Shown here: in pieces, positions 12,167 to 23,847 of the stretch
How positions within the stretch are numbered: the stretch's first letter is position 1
How the letters are laid out: every line of letters starts with the position of its first letter
Assembly: GCA_965644265.1 (NCBI GenBank)
Contig: OZ286467.1
Span: forward strand, 15,252,001 to 15,316,000
Length of the DNA stretch: 64,000 nucleotides
From: Glycera tridactyla
Taxonomy: Eukaryota
Direction of reading: 5' to 3'
Made by a program: the position numbers and the translations under genes
The notes under the pieces: generated by a model
Database searches by the model: none
Told to the model about the DNA's origin: nothing
Seen by the model: the letters and a program-made list of their open reading frames with translations, nothing else

Positions 12167-12893
12167 TTCGCTCCTTATCGCCAAGTTGGAGAATACCCGG
12201 GCTCTCAAGGGGAGGAAGGATTTCTCAACACATGGTCAAGCTAGCAAGAGTGATTTCAAGGCTACAAATGATGAATCGACACTTAGGGAAGCGCTTAAGG
12301 CACTTAGCTACGCCGACCTCGCTTTAGCATCAGGGTTGGGTGCAGCGGAACTCACAGACGCTGATATTCCAGATGTCAGGAATAAGGCTCGTGAGGCAAC
12401 CCGAATAGGCCTCAGGGCAGTGGAACATTCAGCCCTCCTGGTGCTAAAGGTGGTCGGCAATATGGAGTTGTCGAGAAGATCACAAGCTTTAAGAACTTTG
12501 TCCTTTGACGAAGAGACAAAGGGAAAACTCCGAGCTTTACCGTTAGGTAATAAACAGTTGTTCGGGGGGAGGTTGAAAGACGCCTCTAAACAAGCATTTG
12601 AGGCAGGCCGTCGCAAGCGAGAGCTTGATTTTGATTTTAAACACCAATCCCCCGCCTCAGCCAATACTTCTGGTAGAGGAGGCTATAAGAAGAAGCGAGG
12701 TTCTGGTAACCGTGGCAGAGGCCAATCTTCAAGGGGTAGGGGACGTGGTAGAGGAGGTTCTTCCTCTAATATGAATCAGAAATCAGAGGAATCTAATCAG
12801 GTCATACAGACACAGGGATTTTCAAAAGGAAAGCAGGAGGTGAAGGTCATTTTCCCAAAGCCAAGAGGTCGTGGAAAGAAAAAGCAGCCCTAG
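12153..12893 (+). CDS. DIRS gag-like ORF1, C-terminal portion (N-terminus apparently deleted)
   Basis: Contains MELSRRSQAL...KLRALPLGNKQLFGG, typical of DIRS gag, and an RG-rich basic tail. The frame starts inside the ITR without ATG. Confidence 0.75.
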   Translation: MYFSTSLLIAKLENTRALKGRKDFSTHGQASKSDFKATNDESTLREALKALSYADLALASGLGAAELTDADIPDVRNKAREATRIGLRAVEHSALLVLKVVGNMELSRRSQALRTLSFDEETKGKLRALPLGNKQLFGGRLKDASKQAFEAGRRKRELDFDFKHQSPASANTSGRGGYKKKRGSGNRGRGQSSRGRGRGRGGSSSNMNQKSEESNQVIQTQGFSKGKQEVKVIFPKPRGRGKKKQP

Positions 12894-15006
12894 GGCATTG
12901 TGCGTCATCCCCTCACAGGGTCAAATAGTGGGGGCGCGTCTGTTGAACTTTCTACCACAGTGGATGAAAATATCAGAGAATCGCTTCGTATTGAAGGTCA
13001 TTCAAGAAGGCCTCTCGTTAACGTTCAGAGAACAGCCACCTCTCTCGACAAATTTCTTGCCCTTTTCTCTTCCAAAGGGTCAGGAAAAGAGAGAGGCGCT
13101 GTTGGCGGAGATCAGGGCAATGCAGGAAAAACAAGCAGTAGTACCGGTGCATCCCAGGGCGGAACCGGGGTTCTACTGCAATCTGTTCCTGGTCTCCAAG
13201 TCGACGGGAGGCTTTCGACCAATTATCAATCTCAAACCACTGAACCAGTTTATTTTCAACCAAAAGTTCAAAATGGAGACGGCCAGGTCGGTAGTAAAGT
13301 CGATTTCATTGAACGACTGGACCGTCTCCATCGACCTCAAAGACGCGTATTTCCACGTACCAATCCATCAGAATTTTCAGAAATATCTGAGATTCGCACT
13401 CTCCAAGGAACAAGCTTTTCAATTCCGTGCACTACCGTTTGGCCTTTGCACAGCCCCGAGAGTGTTTACGATGGTGTTGAGGGAGGTGGCGCAACACCTG
13501 CATCAAATGGGCATCAAAGTCCATTTTTACCTAGACGACTGGTTGGTGAGGCACCAGTGTCGGGAGACCTTGTTGAACCAGCTCTCTTATATCCTCCAAC
13601 TAGCCGAAGAACTGGGATGGATAGTGAATCGTTCCAAATCAGATCTCATTCCCAGTCGCCAGTTTGCCTACCTGGGTATCGAGTTCGATACCCAGGCAGG
13701 GTTAGTCAAACCGGCAAAGAAGAGGGTAGAGAGGATAAGCCTTTGCATCAAGGTCTTCCTTCGGAGACCTCACCAACCAGTTCGTGCAATATTGAGACTG
13801 TTAGGACACATGTCCAGCATGTCGGACCTTGTCCATCTCGGTCGTCTATACATGAGACCACTTCAAATGTACCTCCTATCTCTATGGAGACCATTCGCAG
13901 ATCCATTAGAAGTAATGTTGACACTACCCCCAGAAATCCTTCAGAACCTGAAATGGTGGCAGGACGAGACCAATACGTATCAAGGAGTGCCTATGTTGTC
14001 TCCAGTACATACTGTCACACTGTTGACAGATGCTTCTCTTCAAGGGTGGGGTGCTCACCTGACATTAAGAGGTCTTCGCCGTCAGGCTTCAGGAGAATGG
14101 CCAGTATCACATCAAGGTCGATCGATCAATGCGCTAGAGCTGGAGACTGTGTGGAGAGTTCTTCAAGAGTTCTCTTCAGTTCTTCGCAATCAAGTGGTAC
14201 TGGTCTTCTCCGACAACGCCACGACGGTGTCGTATCTGACAAAGCAGGGGGGCACCCACTCGGCTCTGTTGTGTGGGTTGGCCTGGAGGATATTTATGCT
14301 GGCAGAAGATCTTGCAGTCGTTCTAAAGGTCCGTCATATCCCGGGCAAGAGAAATGTGTTAGCGGATTCCCTGTCCAGAGCCAAGCCCATACAAACAGAG
14401 TGGGAGCTAGATCAATCAGTCTTCCAACAAATATTAGAGAAGTTTGTCCTGTCACCAACAGTGGATCTCATGGCAACTCCGTCGAATCGGAAGTTGCCAG
14501 TTTTCATTTGTCCTTTCCCAGATCCTCAAGCACTGGCAGTCGATGCTCTATCAACACAATGGAAAGGATTCGGGGTGGCCTACATTTACCCCCCGACTGC
14601 CATGATTCGGGAAGTGGTGGCAAAACTGAGAGGTCTGAAAATCACACTGGTGTGCATAGCTCCTTGGTGGCCGAACCAGTAGTGGTTTCCAGACCTCCTG
14701 GAATTATCCATCGATCACCCTCTAGAATTGCCAATCTCAACGAGTCTGATGACTCAGATGGTGAAACGGAAGCGGATATACCACTACAGGCCTCAGGTCA
14801 TGAACCTGACCGCCTGGTGTCTATCCGGAGTACCCTCTCTGGCAGAGGTTATTCGGCAACGGCGTCAGAGCGGATCTCTAATTCAGTCAGAGGTTCCTCT
14901 GCTCAAGTCTATAATTGCAGATGGCGCAGATGGTCCATCTGGTGTGCAGAAAACAGGGTGGTTGAAACGAACCCATCTGCACCAGAAGTGGCCGAGTTCT
15001 TTATAG
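12871..15006 (+). pseudogene. DIRS pol: reverse transcriptase + RNase H + N6-adenine-methyltransferase-like domain, one premature stop at 14680-14682
   Basis: GGFRPIINLKPLN, IDLKDAYFHVPI, LPFGLCTAPRVFT, YLDDWLV, YLGIEFD (RT); TDASLQGWGA, INALELE, SDNATTV, NVLADSLSR (RNase H); DLMAT, YIYPP, IAPWWPNQ*WFPDLL (MT). The same frame continues to the stop at 15006. Confidence 0.92.
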
Positions 15007-15887
15007 AACTATTTAATTCAGGCTTGAAACCAGCAACCATTAAAGGCTATCGTAATGCCATTCAGTCAGTGTTGGTATATTCAGGCTCTGAAGTTCTGCA
15101 GAACAAAGATATCAAAGCGTTGCTGAATAATTTCTGGTTGGAGAGACCGGTGCCCCAGAAAACTACACCACAGTGGGAATTGTCAATAGTTCTCAACTTT
15201 CTCAAGAGCGCTACATTTGAGCCATTGGACTCTTGTGGAATAGTCAACTTGACAAGGAAAGTTGTTTTTCTGGTGGCACTGGCTTCGGGTAGACGCCGTA
15301 GCGAAGTGTTTTCGTTTTCAGGCTCTCCAGGAGCTGTTCATTTTGCAGCTGACATGTCTGAAGTCAGACTGTTTTCAGTTCCTGGCTTCCTGGCCAAAGG
15401 TCAGAAGCCTTCTTCTAGATCTCCGGAAGTAGTCATTCCAGCAATTCCGAGAGATGCTATTGATATGTCTCTATGTCCGGTTAGGGCATTGTCCATCTAT
15501 GTTGAGAGAGTCGCTGAGTTTAGAAAGGGGAGGAAAAGGCTATTTCTTCCTCCAAATAGGACAGCGACAAGTGAGATTCGAGTAGACCGAATCTCAATGT
15601 GGATACAGCAGGTGATAAGAATGGCGTATGAGGAAGCTCAAATGTCCTCAGATCTTCCTGGGTCAATTTCAGCTCATGAGGTTAGAGCCATCTCGACTTC
15701 TTGGAAGTCTTTGAACCACGCATGTCCTGTTGACGAGTTGATGAGAGCAGCTTTTTGGAGATCTGCAAATACCTTCGCAACCTTTTACTTGAGGGACATG
15801 TGTGGTCAAGCTCTAGATCTATACTCTTTGGGCCCTATTGTGGTGGCACAATCTGTTGTAGACCCGGGAACATCTGGGGTTGTTTGA
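12900..15887 (+). CDS. DIRS ORF3 with C-terminal tyrosine recombinase
   Basis: 995-aa open frame overlapping pol. C-terminal third has TIKGYRNAI, LALASGRRRSEV, LCPVRAL, SAHEVRAISTS, AFWRSANTFATFYL (R, HxxR, W, Y catalytic set). Confidence 0.93.
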   Translation: MRHPLTGSNSGGASVELSTTVDENIRESLRIEGHSRRPLVNVQRTATSLDKFLALFSSKGSGKERGAVGGDQGNAGKTSSSTGASQGGTGVLLQSVPGLQVDGRLSTNYQSQTTEPVYFQPKVQNGDGQVGSKVDFIERLDRLHRPQRRVFPRTNPSEFSEISEIRTLQGTSFSIPCTTVWPLHSPESVYDGVEGGGATPASNGHQSPFLPRRLVGEAPVSGDLVEPALLYPPTSRRTGMDSESFQIRSHSQSPVCLPGYRVRYPGRVSQTGKEEGREDKPLHQGLPSETSPTSSCNIETVRTHVQHVGPCPSRSSIHETTSNVPPISMETIRRSIRSNVDTTPRNPSEPEMVAGRDQYVSRSAYVVSSTYCHTVDRCFSSRVGCSPDIKRSSPSGFRRMASITSRSIDQCARAGDCVESSSRVLFSSSQSSGTGLLRQRHDGVVSDKAGGHPLGSVVWVGLEDIYAGRRSCSRSKGPSYPGQEKCVSGFPVQSQAHTNRVGARSISLPTNIREVCPVTNSGSHGNSVESEVASFHLSFPRSSSTGSRCSINTMERIRGGLHLPPDCHDSGSGGKTERSENHTGVHSSLVAEPVVVSRPPGIIHRSPSRIANLNESDDSDGETEADIPLQASGHEPDRLVSIRSTLSGRGYSATASERISNSVRGSSAQVYNCRWRRWSIWCAENRVVETNPSAPEVAEFFIELFNSGLKPATIKGYRNAIQSVLVYSGSEVLQNKDIKALLNNFWLERPVPQKTTPQWELSIVLNFLKSATFEPLDSCGIVNLTRKVVFLVALASGRRRSEVFSFSGSPGAVHFAADMSEVRLFSVPGFLAKGQKPSSRSPEVVIPAIPRDAIDMSLCPVRALSIYVERVAEFRKGRKRLFLPPNRTATSEIRVDRISMWIQQVIRMAYEEAQMSSDLPGSISAHEVRAISTSWKSLNHACPVDELMRAAFWRSANTFATFYLRDMCGQALDLYSLGPIVVAQSVVDPGTSGVV

Positions 15888-16040
15888 TCATTTGAGAAAA
15901 TGATTATTGCTGTTCCATGTTATTTGTTCATATCAATAGTGATTGTTTAATACTCGGGTTATCCAATGACTGTATATAATCTACGTTGGTCCCGAGAGAC
16001 ACGGAGGGTCTCCTGGTCTGAGATATATTTTTTATCATGA

Positions 16041-16410
16041 ATATTCGGGTTTGACACATTACCTCTGGGAGGTATATGGTCTTCCTGAAAGACAGGGAGT
16101 TATACTCTTGGTCTGAAATATTGTAGATATTTGAATATTCGGGTTTCCCGAAAGACAAGGAGAGATACTCTTAGTCTTCAATATTGTGGATTATTAATAT
16201 TTGGGTTTGACACGTTACCTAGTTGAGGTATATGGTCTTCCTGAAAGACAGGGAGTTATACTCTTGGTCTGAAATATTGTAGATATTTGAATATTCGGGT
16301 TTCCCGAAAGACAGGGAGTGATACTCTTAGTCTTCAATATTGTAGATTATTAATATTTGGGTTTGACACGTTACCTCATTGAGGTATATGGTCTTCCTAA
16401 AAGACAAGGA
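16041..16410. repeat. 156-bp tandem repeat (about 2.4 copies, built from ~50-bp subunits) in DIRS 3' non-coding region
   Basis: ATATT(C/T)GGGTTTGACAC restarts at 16041, 16197 and 16353. Confidence 0.9.
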
Positions 16411-16447
16411 GTAATATATTCTACACCCTCCATCCGTGTCATATTCG

Positions 16448-16542
16448 ATGCTAAATTTGAGGGAGAAATGGTACAGATAGATCCCCCCCCAGGTTTGTTT
16501 TACTAACCTGGGGATCTATACTTACCATTTCTCCCTCAAATT
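16448..16542 (+). other. DIRS internal complementary region (ICR)
   Basis: First half is the reverse complement of the left terminus and second half the reverse complement of the right terminus, fused at ...CAGATAGATCCCCCCCCAGG... Confidence 0.93.
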
Positions 16543-16597
16543 GGATGGTCCCTCCCGTCCGTCCCCGCTGTAGAGTGTTCTTTTAATAATAACGCTC

Positions 16598-16824
16598 GTT
16601 GAAAAATACAAATGTAAACAAAGCGTACGGCGCGACCTCTACCGTAGGAAAACGGCGGATCCATCTAGCGGATCAGAGAGGTCGGGGGAGGTTCCATCCT
16701 CGAAATAAAATTGTTATTGTTGTTATGTTCGCACGTAGGCTTATCAGCCTGGGGAATGCTAAATTTGAGGGAGAAATGGTAAGTATAGATCCCCAGGTTA
16801 GTAAAACAAACCTGGGGGGGGGGG
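16598..16824 (+). repeat. DIRS right inverted terminal repeat with 3' extension
   Basis: Inverted copy of 11973-12166 plus an extension ending in a G run. Contains AATAAA. Confidence 0.93.
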
Positions 16825-19590
16825 TCGACGGTCAATGCACCTCAGAGCTACGTTCTGAAGCTTTTGTAAATTAAAACTTTCCCTCTGCGATAAACCATTG
16901 AAAGTAACATCCCCATAGTCGAACAATGGTAGAATCAGCGACTTGTACAGCATTATAGCAGTTTTTCGTGATATTACTGGTCTCAGGCGATTCAGAACCC
17001 CAATTTTCTTCATTGTCTTTGAGCGTACTAATGATACATGGTGCTTGAAGCTCAGTACTGGATCAAGACACACCCCCGAATATTTCAAACAATCAACATT
17101 TTCAAGTTTCACATCCGACACTTCCAGATCTATATTTTTGAACATACGCAGGTTGTGGGGCAATCCAAACAACATGTACTGAGTCTTCTTAAGGTTGAGT
17201 GATAATCTATTCATTTTCATCCAAACTGCTACTGAGCTCAAAATACTGTTTAATTTGATTGACATTTCCTGAGGCGAATTTGTAGAGATACTGATCGCAG
17301 TGTCGTCTGCATATAACTGGGTATTTATACCAAATTGAACCTGTGTATTTCCAGTTGTGTTGACATTCACATACATTTTTGCACTCGTATTGTCACACGT
17401 ATTGTCACATGTGGGATTCCTCAAGTGGTGCGGTAAGTCATTTATATATATGGTAAAGAGCAAGGGCCCTAGGATGGATCCTTGGGGAACCCCACATGTG
17501 ACGGGTAATGATTTTGAGAAATGTGAGCCCACTTTCGTTATGCAACTACGGTTTGTGAGATAACCCCCAATCCAATCTATGCTCTTCTTATCCAGACCGT
17601 ATTTCTCCAGTTTTTGTAGCAGGAGCACATGGTCCACTGTGTCGAAAGCCTTCTTTAAATCAAGAAAGATCGTTCCAGTGACACCTCCCCCTTCAATTCC
17701 CTGATAAATATTATCAAGGAATTCAAGTAGGCAAGTACCAGTCAAACGACCCTTCCTGAAGCCTGATTGCTCCAGACACAGTAGACCCATGTGCTCGATA
17801 TAACCATAGAGCTGTTGTTGAACTAGTCGTTCGAGAATTTTACTGCATGACGAAAGTAGGCTTATCGGTCTATAGTTCCCAGGGACATGATGCTTGCCAT
17901 CTTTATAGAGTGGTATAACTGTGGCAGTTTTCCATATTGACGGGAACTGTCCTTCCCAAATACTTCTGTTAAACAGATATAACAGTACATGGCCAATACT
18001 ATCTATACAATTAACAACCACCCTCACTGGTACACCATCATCTCTACTTGATTTGTTCACATTTAACTTTTTGGTGACCTCTAAAATCTCATCAAGGCTC
18101 ATTTGATTCAGTGAGAAATTATCTGATAGTTGGAAGGGAAAGTTCTCGAGTGGATCACCATTATACTCCGGAATCTGGTCAGAGAGATTTTTACCTATCG
18201 TTGCAAAATGGTTATTCAAGATATTTGGGATTATCTCTGGGTCAGTTAAGTTTTCCATTTTATTTATCACGGTGTTTGACTTATCGTCTCTCCAGAACTC
18301 TCTGATTGTCTTCCACAGCATCTTTGAGTCTTTTGAGTGTTCTGTTAGCTTATTATCGATATACGATTTCTGGAGATCATTTTTGAGATTGTTGGATGCT
18401 GCTAATAGCCTCTTTTTATTCAATAGGTTATCATGGGTGGGGTTCAATTTAAAAGTTTGGCTTGCTGTTTCCCTTTCCCTGATCAGGTCCAGGTATTCCC
18501 CGGTGATCCACTCGGGAGCCCCCTCCTTGACCTTATATCTGCATAAGGGTATATGCTTTTCTAGAACACGGCATATTATTTCAAAAGCACGATTTGTACA
18601 TACATCAAATTCTATATCGTCATTCAGAGCTTCGGTCCAATCGCACCTCGGCAGTTCTTCATTTATGGCATTGAAATCAGCCTTTTTGTAATTTCGGAGA
18701 TGTATATTGTCAGTCTTTTTAGACTGACGCGCCTTTTTTCTTGTTGTAAAGACAAGGGCGTGGTCGGAGATGCCAAGATCTAGTGTACCAGCCATGCGAT
18801 AGTAGATATTATTAGAGGTAAAGATATGATCAATGTTCGTTTGGCTAGTGTTTGTCACCCTTGTGGGCTCATTTATTAACTGTGTCATTCGGTTGTTTGT
18901 ACAAAAATCTCTTATCAATTTACTATTTGCATCGCGTTTCATTACGTCTAGATTATCATCTCCTAAAATAATGATATCGCTGGTACCTAGTCCTTTAATA
19001 TCAAGAACTTCATTTTCTAATATGTCTATTGCATTCGAGGCAACACCACTTGGCGGTCGATAGATACCACAGATGTACGTTGGACGAGTATTGGGGAGAT
19101 GCAGTTTAATCCATAAGCACTCTAAATCACTATTACACATAGACCATTCTATTACAGGTTCTACAATTCTGTCAAGTCTATAATAAATCATAATGCCACC
19201 GCCACCCCTACATCCAGTTCCTCCGTCTCTATCATATCTTATAAGTTGATACCCGTTGATGAACAGTTCACTATCAGGGATACTATGATTCAGGAAGGTC
19301 TCTCCTAGAATAAGTATATTCAGTTTACTTTGGAAGAGAAGGATTCTAATTTCATTTATCTTTCTGACTACACTTCTAACATTCAAATATCCGATGCTGA
19401 TACCATTCAATTTTTGTAAATCTGTGGCGAATTTGACGTCCTTAATACTATCTGGGTCTAGTCTTCCAACATTCCTAGGGAGCTTCTGAGATGGGGTGGT
19501 GGCGTTGCCATTATGAGTCATGGTCGGCATATTGACGACAGAGCAGTTACTTGGGTCATTTGATGATGATGATGGATGAGGCGAAAACAT
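16825..19590 (-). pseudogene. LINE A ORF2 (APE + RT), first copy, truncated by DIRS insertion
   Basis: YLNVRS, LGETFL, CGIYRPP, LGDDNLD, SDH; YRPISLL, QSGFR, FLDLKKAFDTVDH, GVPQGSILGPLLF, YADDT. Stop-free up to the DIRS boundary. Confidence 0.95.
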
Positions 19591-20421
19591 TTTAGACTAA
19601 CTTGGTTAGCTTTTATACAATACAATACAAGGACAAGTACAAATAGTATTTATAATTATGTAGATTAAAGATTGAGTAGGTATCTGATGTTGGTACCGAG
19701 ATGTTATTTGGTACCAAACTAAGCAGAAGGGAATTTCTGTGATCTCTTACTCATTTTGCTAATTTACTATTGACTATAGTGTCAAATATAACTGATTTCT
19801 GATCGCACATCTGATTCCGGGGTACCAATTTAATTTATTTTAATATAGTATATTTAGAATTGGTACTGTGTATCATCTCGTGGGTGAGAGGGGGGGGGGG
19901 GGCAGCTTCCATCACTAAATGGGTAACTGTTCATCAGAGACTCCATATTAGTTCCGGTAGACTGCCCCACTCTCAACCCCGTGTTCACTAGCATTATTAG
20001 AAATTTAAATTTTCATCAATAGCCCCAGGTATTGTCATCTTTCATGTATCCTATCTGTCATATACATGCCTTTGCCTCATTCATATTCATCCTTGCAACA
20101 GAAATCTCGTGGGTGAGAGGGGGGGGGGGCAGCTTCCATCACTAAATGGGTAACTGTTCATCGGATACTCCATATTAGTTCCAGTAGACTGCCCCACTCT
20201 CAACCCCGTGTTCTCTAGCAGACAGGGAGTTATACTCTTGGTCTGAAATATTGTAGATATTTGAATATTCGGGTTTCCCGAAAGACAGGGAGTGATACTC
20301 TTAGTCTTCAATATTGTAGATTATTAATATTTGGGTTTGACACGTTACCTCATTGAGGTATATGGTCTTCCTAAAAGACAAGGAGTAATATATTCTACAC
20401 CCTCCATCCGTGTCATATTCG

Positions 20422-20797
20422 ATGCTAAATTTGAGGGAGAAATGGTACAGATAGATCCCCCCCCAGGTTTGTTTTACTAACCTGGGGATCTATACTTACC
20501 ATTTCTCCCTCAAATTGGATGGTCCCTCCCGTCCGTCCCCGCTGTAGAGTGTTCTTTTAATAATAACGCTCGTTGAAAAATACAAATGTAAACAAAGCGT
20601 ACGGCGCGACCTCTACCGTAGGAAAACGGCGGATCCATCTAGCGGATCAGAGAGGTCGGGGGAGGTTCCATCCTCGAAATAAAATTGTTATTGTTGTTAT
20701 GTTCGCACGTAGGCTTATCAGCCTGGGGAATGCTAAATTTGAGGGAGAAATGGTAAGTATAGATCCCCAGGTTAGTAAAACAAACCTGGGGGGGGGG
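20422..20797 (+). mobile_element. Orphan second copy of DIRS ICR + right ITR
   Basis: Identical to 16448-16824 except the G run is 10 rather than 11 bases. Produced by the 3974-bp duplication. Confidence 0.92.
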
Positions 20798-23563
20798 TCG
20801 ACGGTCAATGCACCTCAGAGCTACGTTCTGAAGCTTTTGTAAATTAAAACTTTCCCTCTGCGATAAACCATTGAAAGTAACATCCCCATAGTCGAACAAT
20901 GGTAGAATCAGCGACTTGTACAGCATTATAGCAGTTTTTCGTGATATTACTGGTCTCAGGCGATTCAGAACCCCAATTTTCTTCATTGTCTTTGAGCGTA
21001 CTAATGATACATGGTGCTTGAAGCTCAGTACTGGATCAAGACACACCCCCGAATATTTCAAACAATCAACATTTTCAAGTTTCACATCCGACACTTCCAG
21101 ATCTATATTTTTGAACATACGCAGGTTGTGGGGCAATCCAAACAACATGTACTGAGTCTTCTTAAGGTTGAGTGATAATCTATTCATTTTCATCCAAACT
21201 GCTACTGAGCTCAAAATACTGTTTAATTTGATTGACATTTCCTGAGGCGAATTTGTAGAGATACTGATCGCAGTGTCGTCTGCATATAACTGGGTATTTA
21301 TACCAAATTGAACCTGTGTATTTCCAGTTGTGTTGACATTCACATACATTTTTGCACTCGTATTGTCACACGTATTGTCACATGTGGGATTCCTCAAGTG
21401 GTGCGGTAAGTCATTTATATATATGGTAAAGAGCAAGGGCCCTAGGATGGATCCTTGGGGAACCCCACATGTGACGGGTAATGATTTTGAGAAATGTGAG
21501 CCCACTTTCGTTATGCAACTACGGTTTGTGAGATAACCCCCAATCCAATCTATGCTCTTCTTATCCAGACCGTATTTCTCCAGTTTTTGTAGCAGGAGCA
21601 CATGGTCCACTGTGTCGAAAGCCTTCTTTAAATCAAGAAAGATCGTTCCAGTGACACCTCCCCCTTCAATTCCCTGATAAATATTATCAAGGAATTCAAG
21701 TAGGCAAGTACCAGTCAAACGACCCTTCCTGAAGCCTGATTGCTCCAGACACAGTAGACCCATGTGCTCGATATAACCATAGAGCTGTTGTTGAACTAGT
21801 CGTTCGAGAATTTTACTGCATGACGAAAGTAGGCTTATCGGTCTATAGTTCCCAGGGACATGATGCTTGCCATCTTTATAGAGTGGTATAACTGTGGCAG
21901 TTTTCCATATTGACGGGAACTGTCCTTCCCAAATACTTCTGTTAAACAGATATAACAGTACATGGCCAATACTATCTATACAATTAACAACCACCCTCAC
22001 TGGTACACCATCATCTCTACTTGATTTGTTCACATTTAACTTTTTGGTGACCTCTAAAATCTCATCAAGGCTCATTTGATTCAGTGAGAAATTATCTGAT
22101 AGTTGGAAGGGAAAGTTCTCGAGTGGATCACCATTATACTCCGGAATCTGGTCAGAGAGATTTTTACCTATCGTTGCAAAATGGTTATTCAAGATATTTG
22201 GGATTATCTCTGGGTCAGTTAAGTTTTCCATTTTATTTATCACGGTGTTTGACTTATCGTCTCTCCAGAACTCTCTAATTGTCTTCCACAGCATCTTTGA
22301 GTCTTTTGAGTGTTCTGTTAGCTTATTATCGATATACGATTTCTGGAGATCATTTTTGAGATTGTTGGATGCTGCTAATAGCCTCTTTTTATTCAATAGG
22401 TTATCATGGGTGGGGTTCAATTTAAAAGTTTGGCTTGCTGTTTCCCTTTCCCTGATCAGGTCCAGGTATTCCCCGGTGATCCACTCGGGAGCCCCCTCCT
22501 TGACCTTATATCTGCATAAGGGTATATGCTTTTCTAGAACACGGCATATTATTTCAAAAGCACGATTTGTACATACATCAAATTCTATATCGTCATTCAG
22601 AGCTTCGGTCCAATCGCACCTCGGCAGTTCTTCATTTATGGCATTGAAATCAGCCTTTTTGTAATTTCGGAGATGTACATTGTCAGTCTTTTTAGACTGA
22701 CGCGCCTTTTTTCTTGTTGTAAAGACAAGGGCGTGGTCGGAGATGCCAAGATCTAGTGTACCAGCCATGCGATAGTAGATATTATTAGAGGTAAAGATAT
22801 GATCAATGTTCGTTTTGCTAGTGTTTGTCACCCTTGTGGGCTCATTTATTAACTGTGTCATTCGGTTGTTTGTACAAAAATCTCTTATCAATTTACTATT
22901 TGCATCGCGTTTCATTACGTCTAGATTATCATCTCCTAAAATAATGATATCGCTGGTACCTAGTCCTTTAATATCAAGAACTTCATTTTCTAATATGTCT
23001 ATTGCATTCGAGGCAACACCGCTTGGCGGTCGATAGATACCACAGATGTACGTTGGACGAGTATTGGGGAGATGCAGTTTAATCCATAAGCACTCTAAAT
23101 CACTATTACACATAGACCATTCTATTACAGGTTCTACAATTCTGTCAAGTCTATAATAAATCATAATGCCACCGCCACCCCTACATCCAGTTCCTCCGTC
23201 TCTATCATATCTTATAAGTTGATACCCGTTGATGAACAGTTCACTATCAGGGATACTATGATTCAGGAAGGTCTCTCCTAGAATAAGTATATTCAGTTTA
23301 CTTTGGAAGAGAAGGATTCTAATTTCATTTATCTTTCTGACTACACTTCTAACATTCAAATATCCGATGCTGATACCATTCAATTTTTGTAAATCTGTGG
23401 CGAATTTGACGTCCTTAATACTATCTGGGTCTAGTCTTCCAACATTCCTAGGGAGCTTCTGAGATGGGGTGGTGGCGTTGCCATTATGAGTCATGGTCGG
23501 CATATTGACGACAGAGCAGTTACTTGGGTCATTTGATGATGATGATGGATGAGGCGAAAACAT
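20798..23563 (-). pseudogene. LINE A ORF2 (APE + RT), second copy
   Basis: Near-identical to 16825-19590 (SKT vs SQT, DNVHL vs DNIHL). Reads through into the duplicated DIRS ITR, giving the chimeric 974-aa ORF. Confidence 0.95.
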
Positions 23564-23847
23564 TTTAGACTAACTTGGTTAGCTTTTATACAATACAATA
23601 CAAGGACAAGTACAAATAGTATTTATAATTATGTAGATTAAAGATTGAGTAGGTATCTGATGTTGGTACCGAGATGTTATTTGGTACCAAACTAAGCAGA
23701 AGGGAATTTCTGTGATCTCTTACTCATTTTGCTAATTTACTATTGACTATAGTGTCAAATATAACTGATTTCTGATCGCACATCTGATTCCGGGGTACCA
23801 ATTTAATTTATTTTAATATAGTATATTTAGAATTGGTACTGTGTATC

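Larger units (their letters stand above)
11973..16824 (+). mobile_element. DIRS1-type tyrosine-recombinase retrotransposon
   Basis: Overlapping gag, RT-RNaseH-methyltransferase and YR ORFs; inverted terminal repeats; an internal complementary region matching both termini. Confidence 0.95.

Noticed and set aside
11499-16410. 8-bp and 156-bp arrays considered as CRISPR-like
   Set aside because: No unique spacers between repeats, no cas genes, eukaryotic context.
17310-17375. GT...AG intron explaining the RT insertion
   Set aside because: The better donor (GTATGT) gives a 58-nt frameshifting intron; the in-frame 54-nt option has a poor donor and no polypyrimidine tract.
16798-23563. 930-aa and 974-aa ORFs as complete proteins
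   Set aside because: Their C-termini are read-through into the DIRS ITR and depend on G-run length; the true C-terminus is at 11621-11974.
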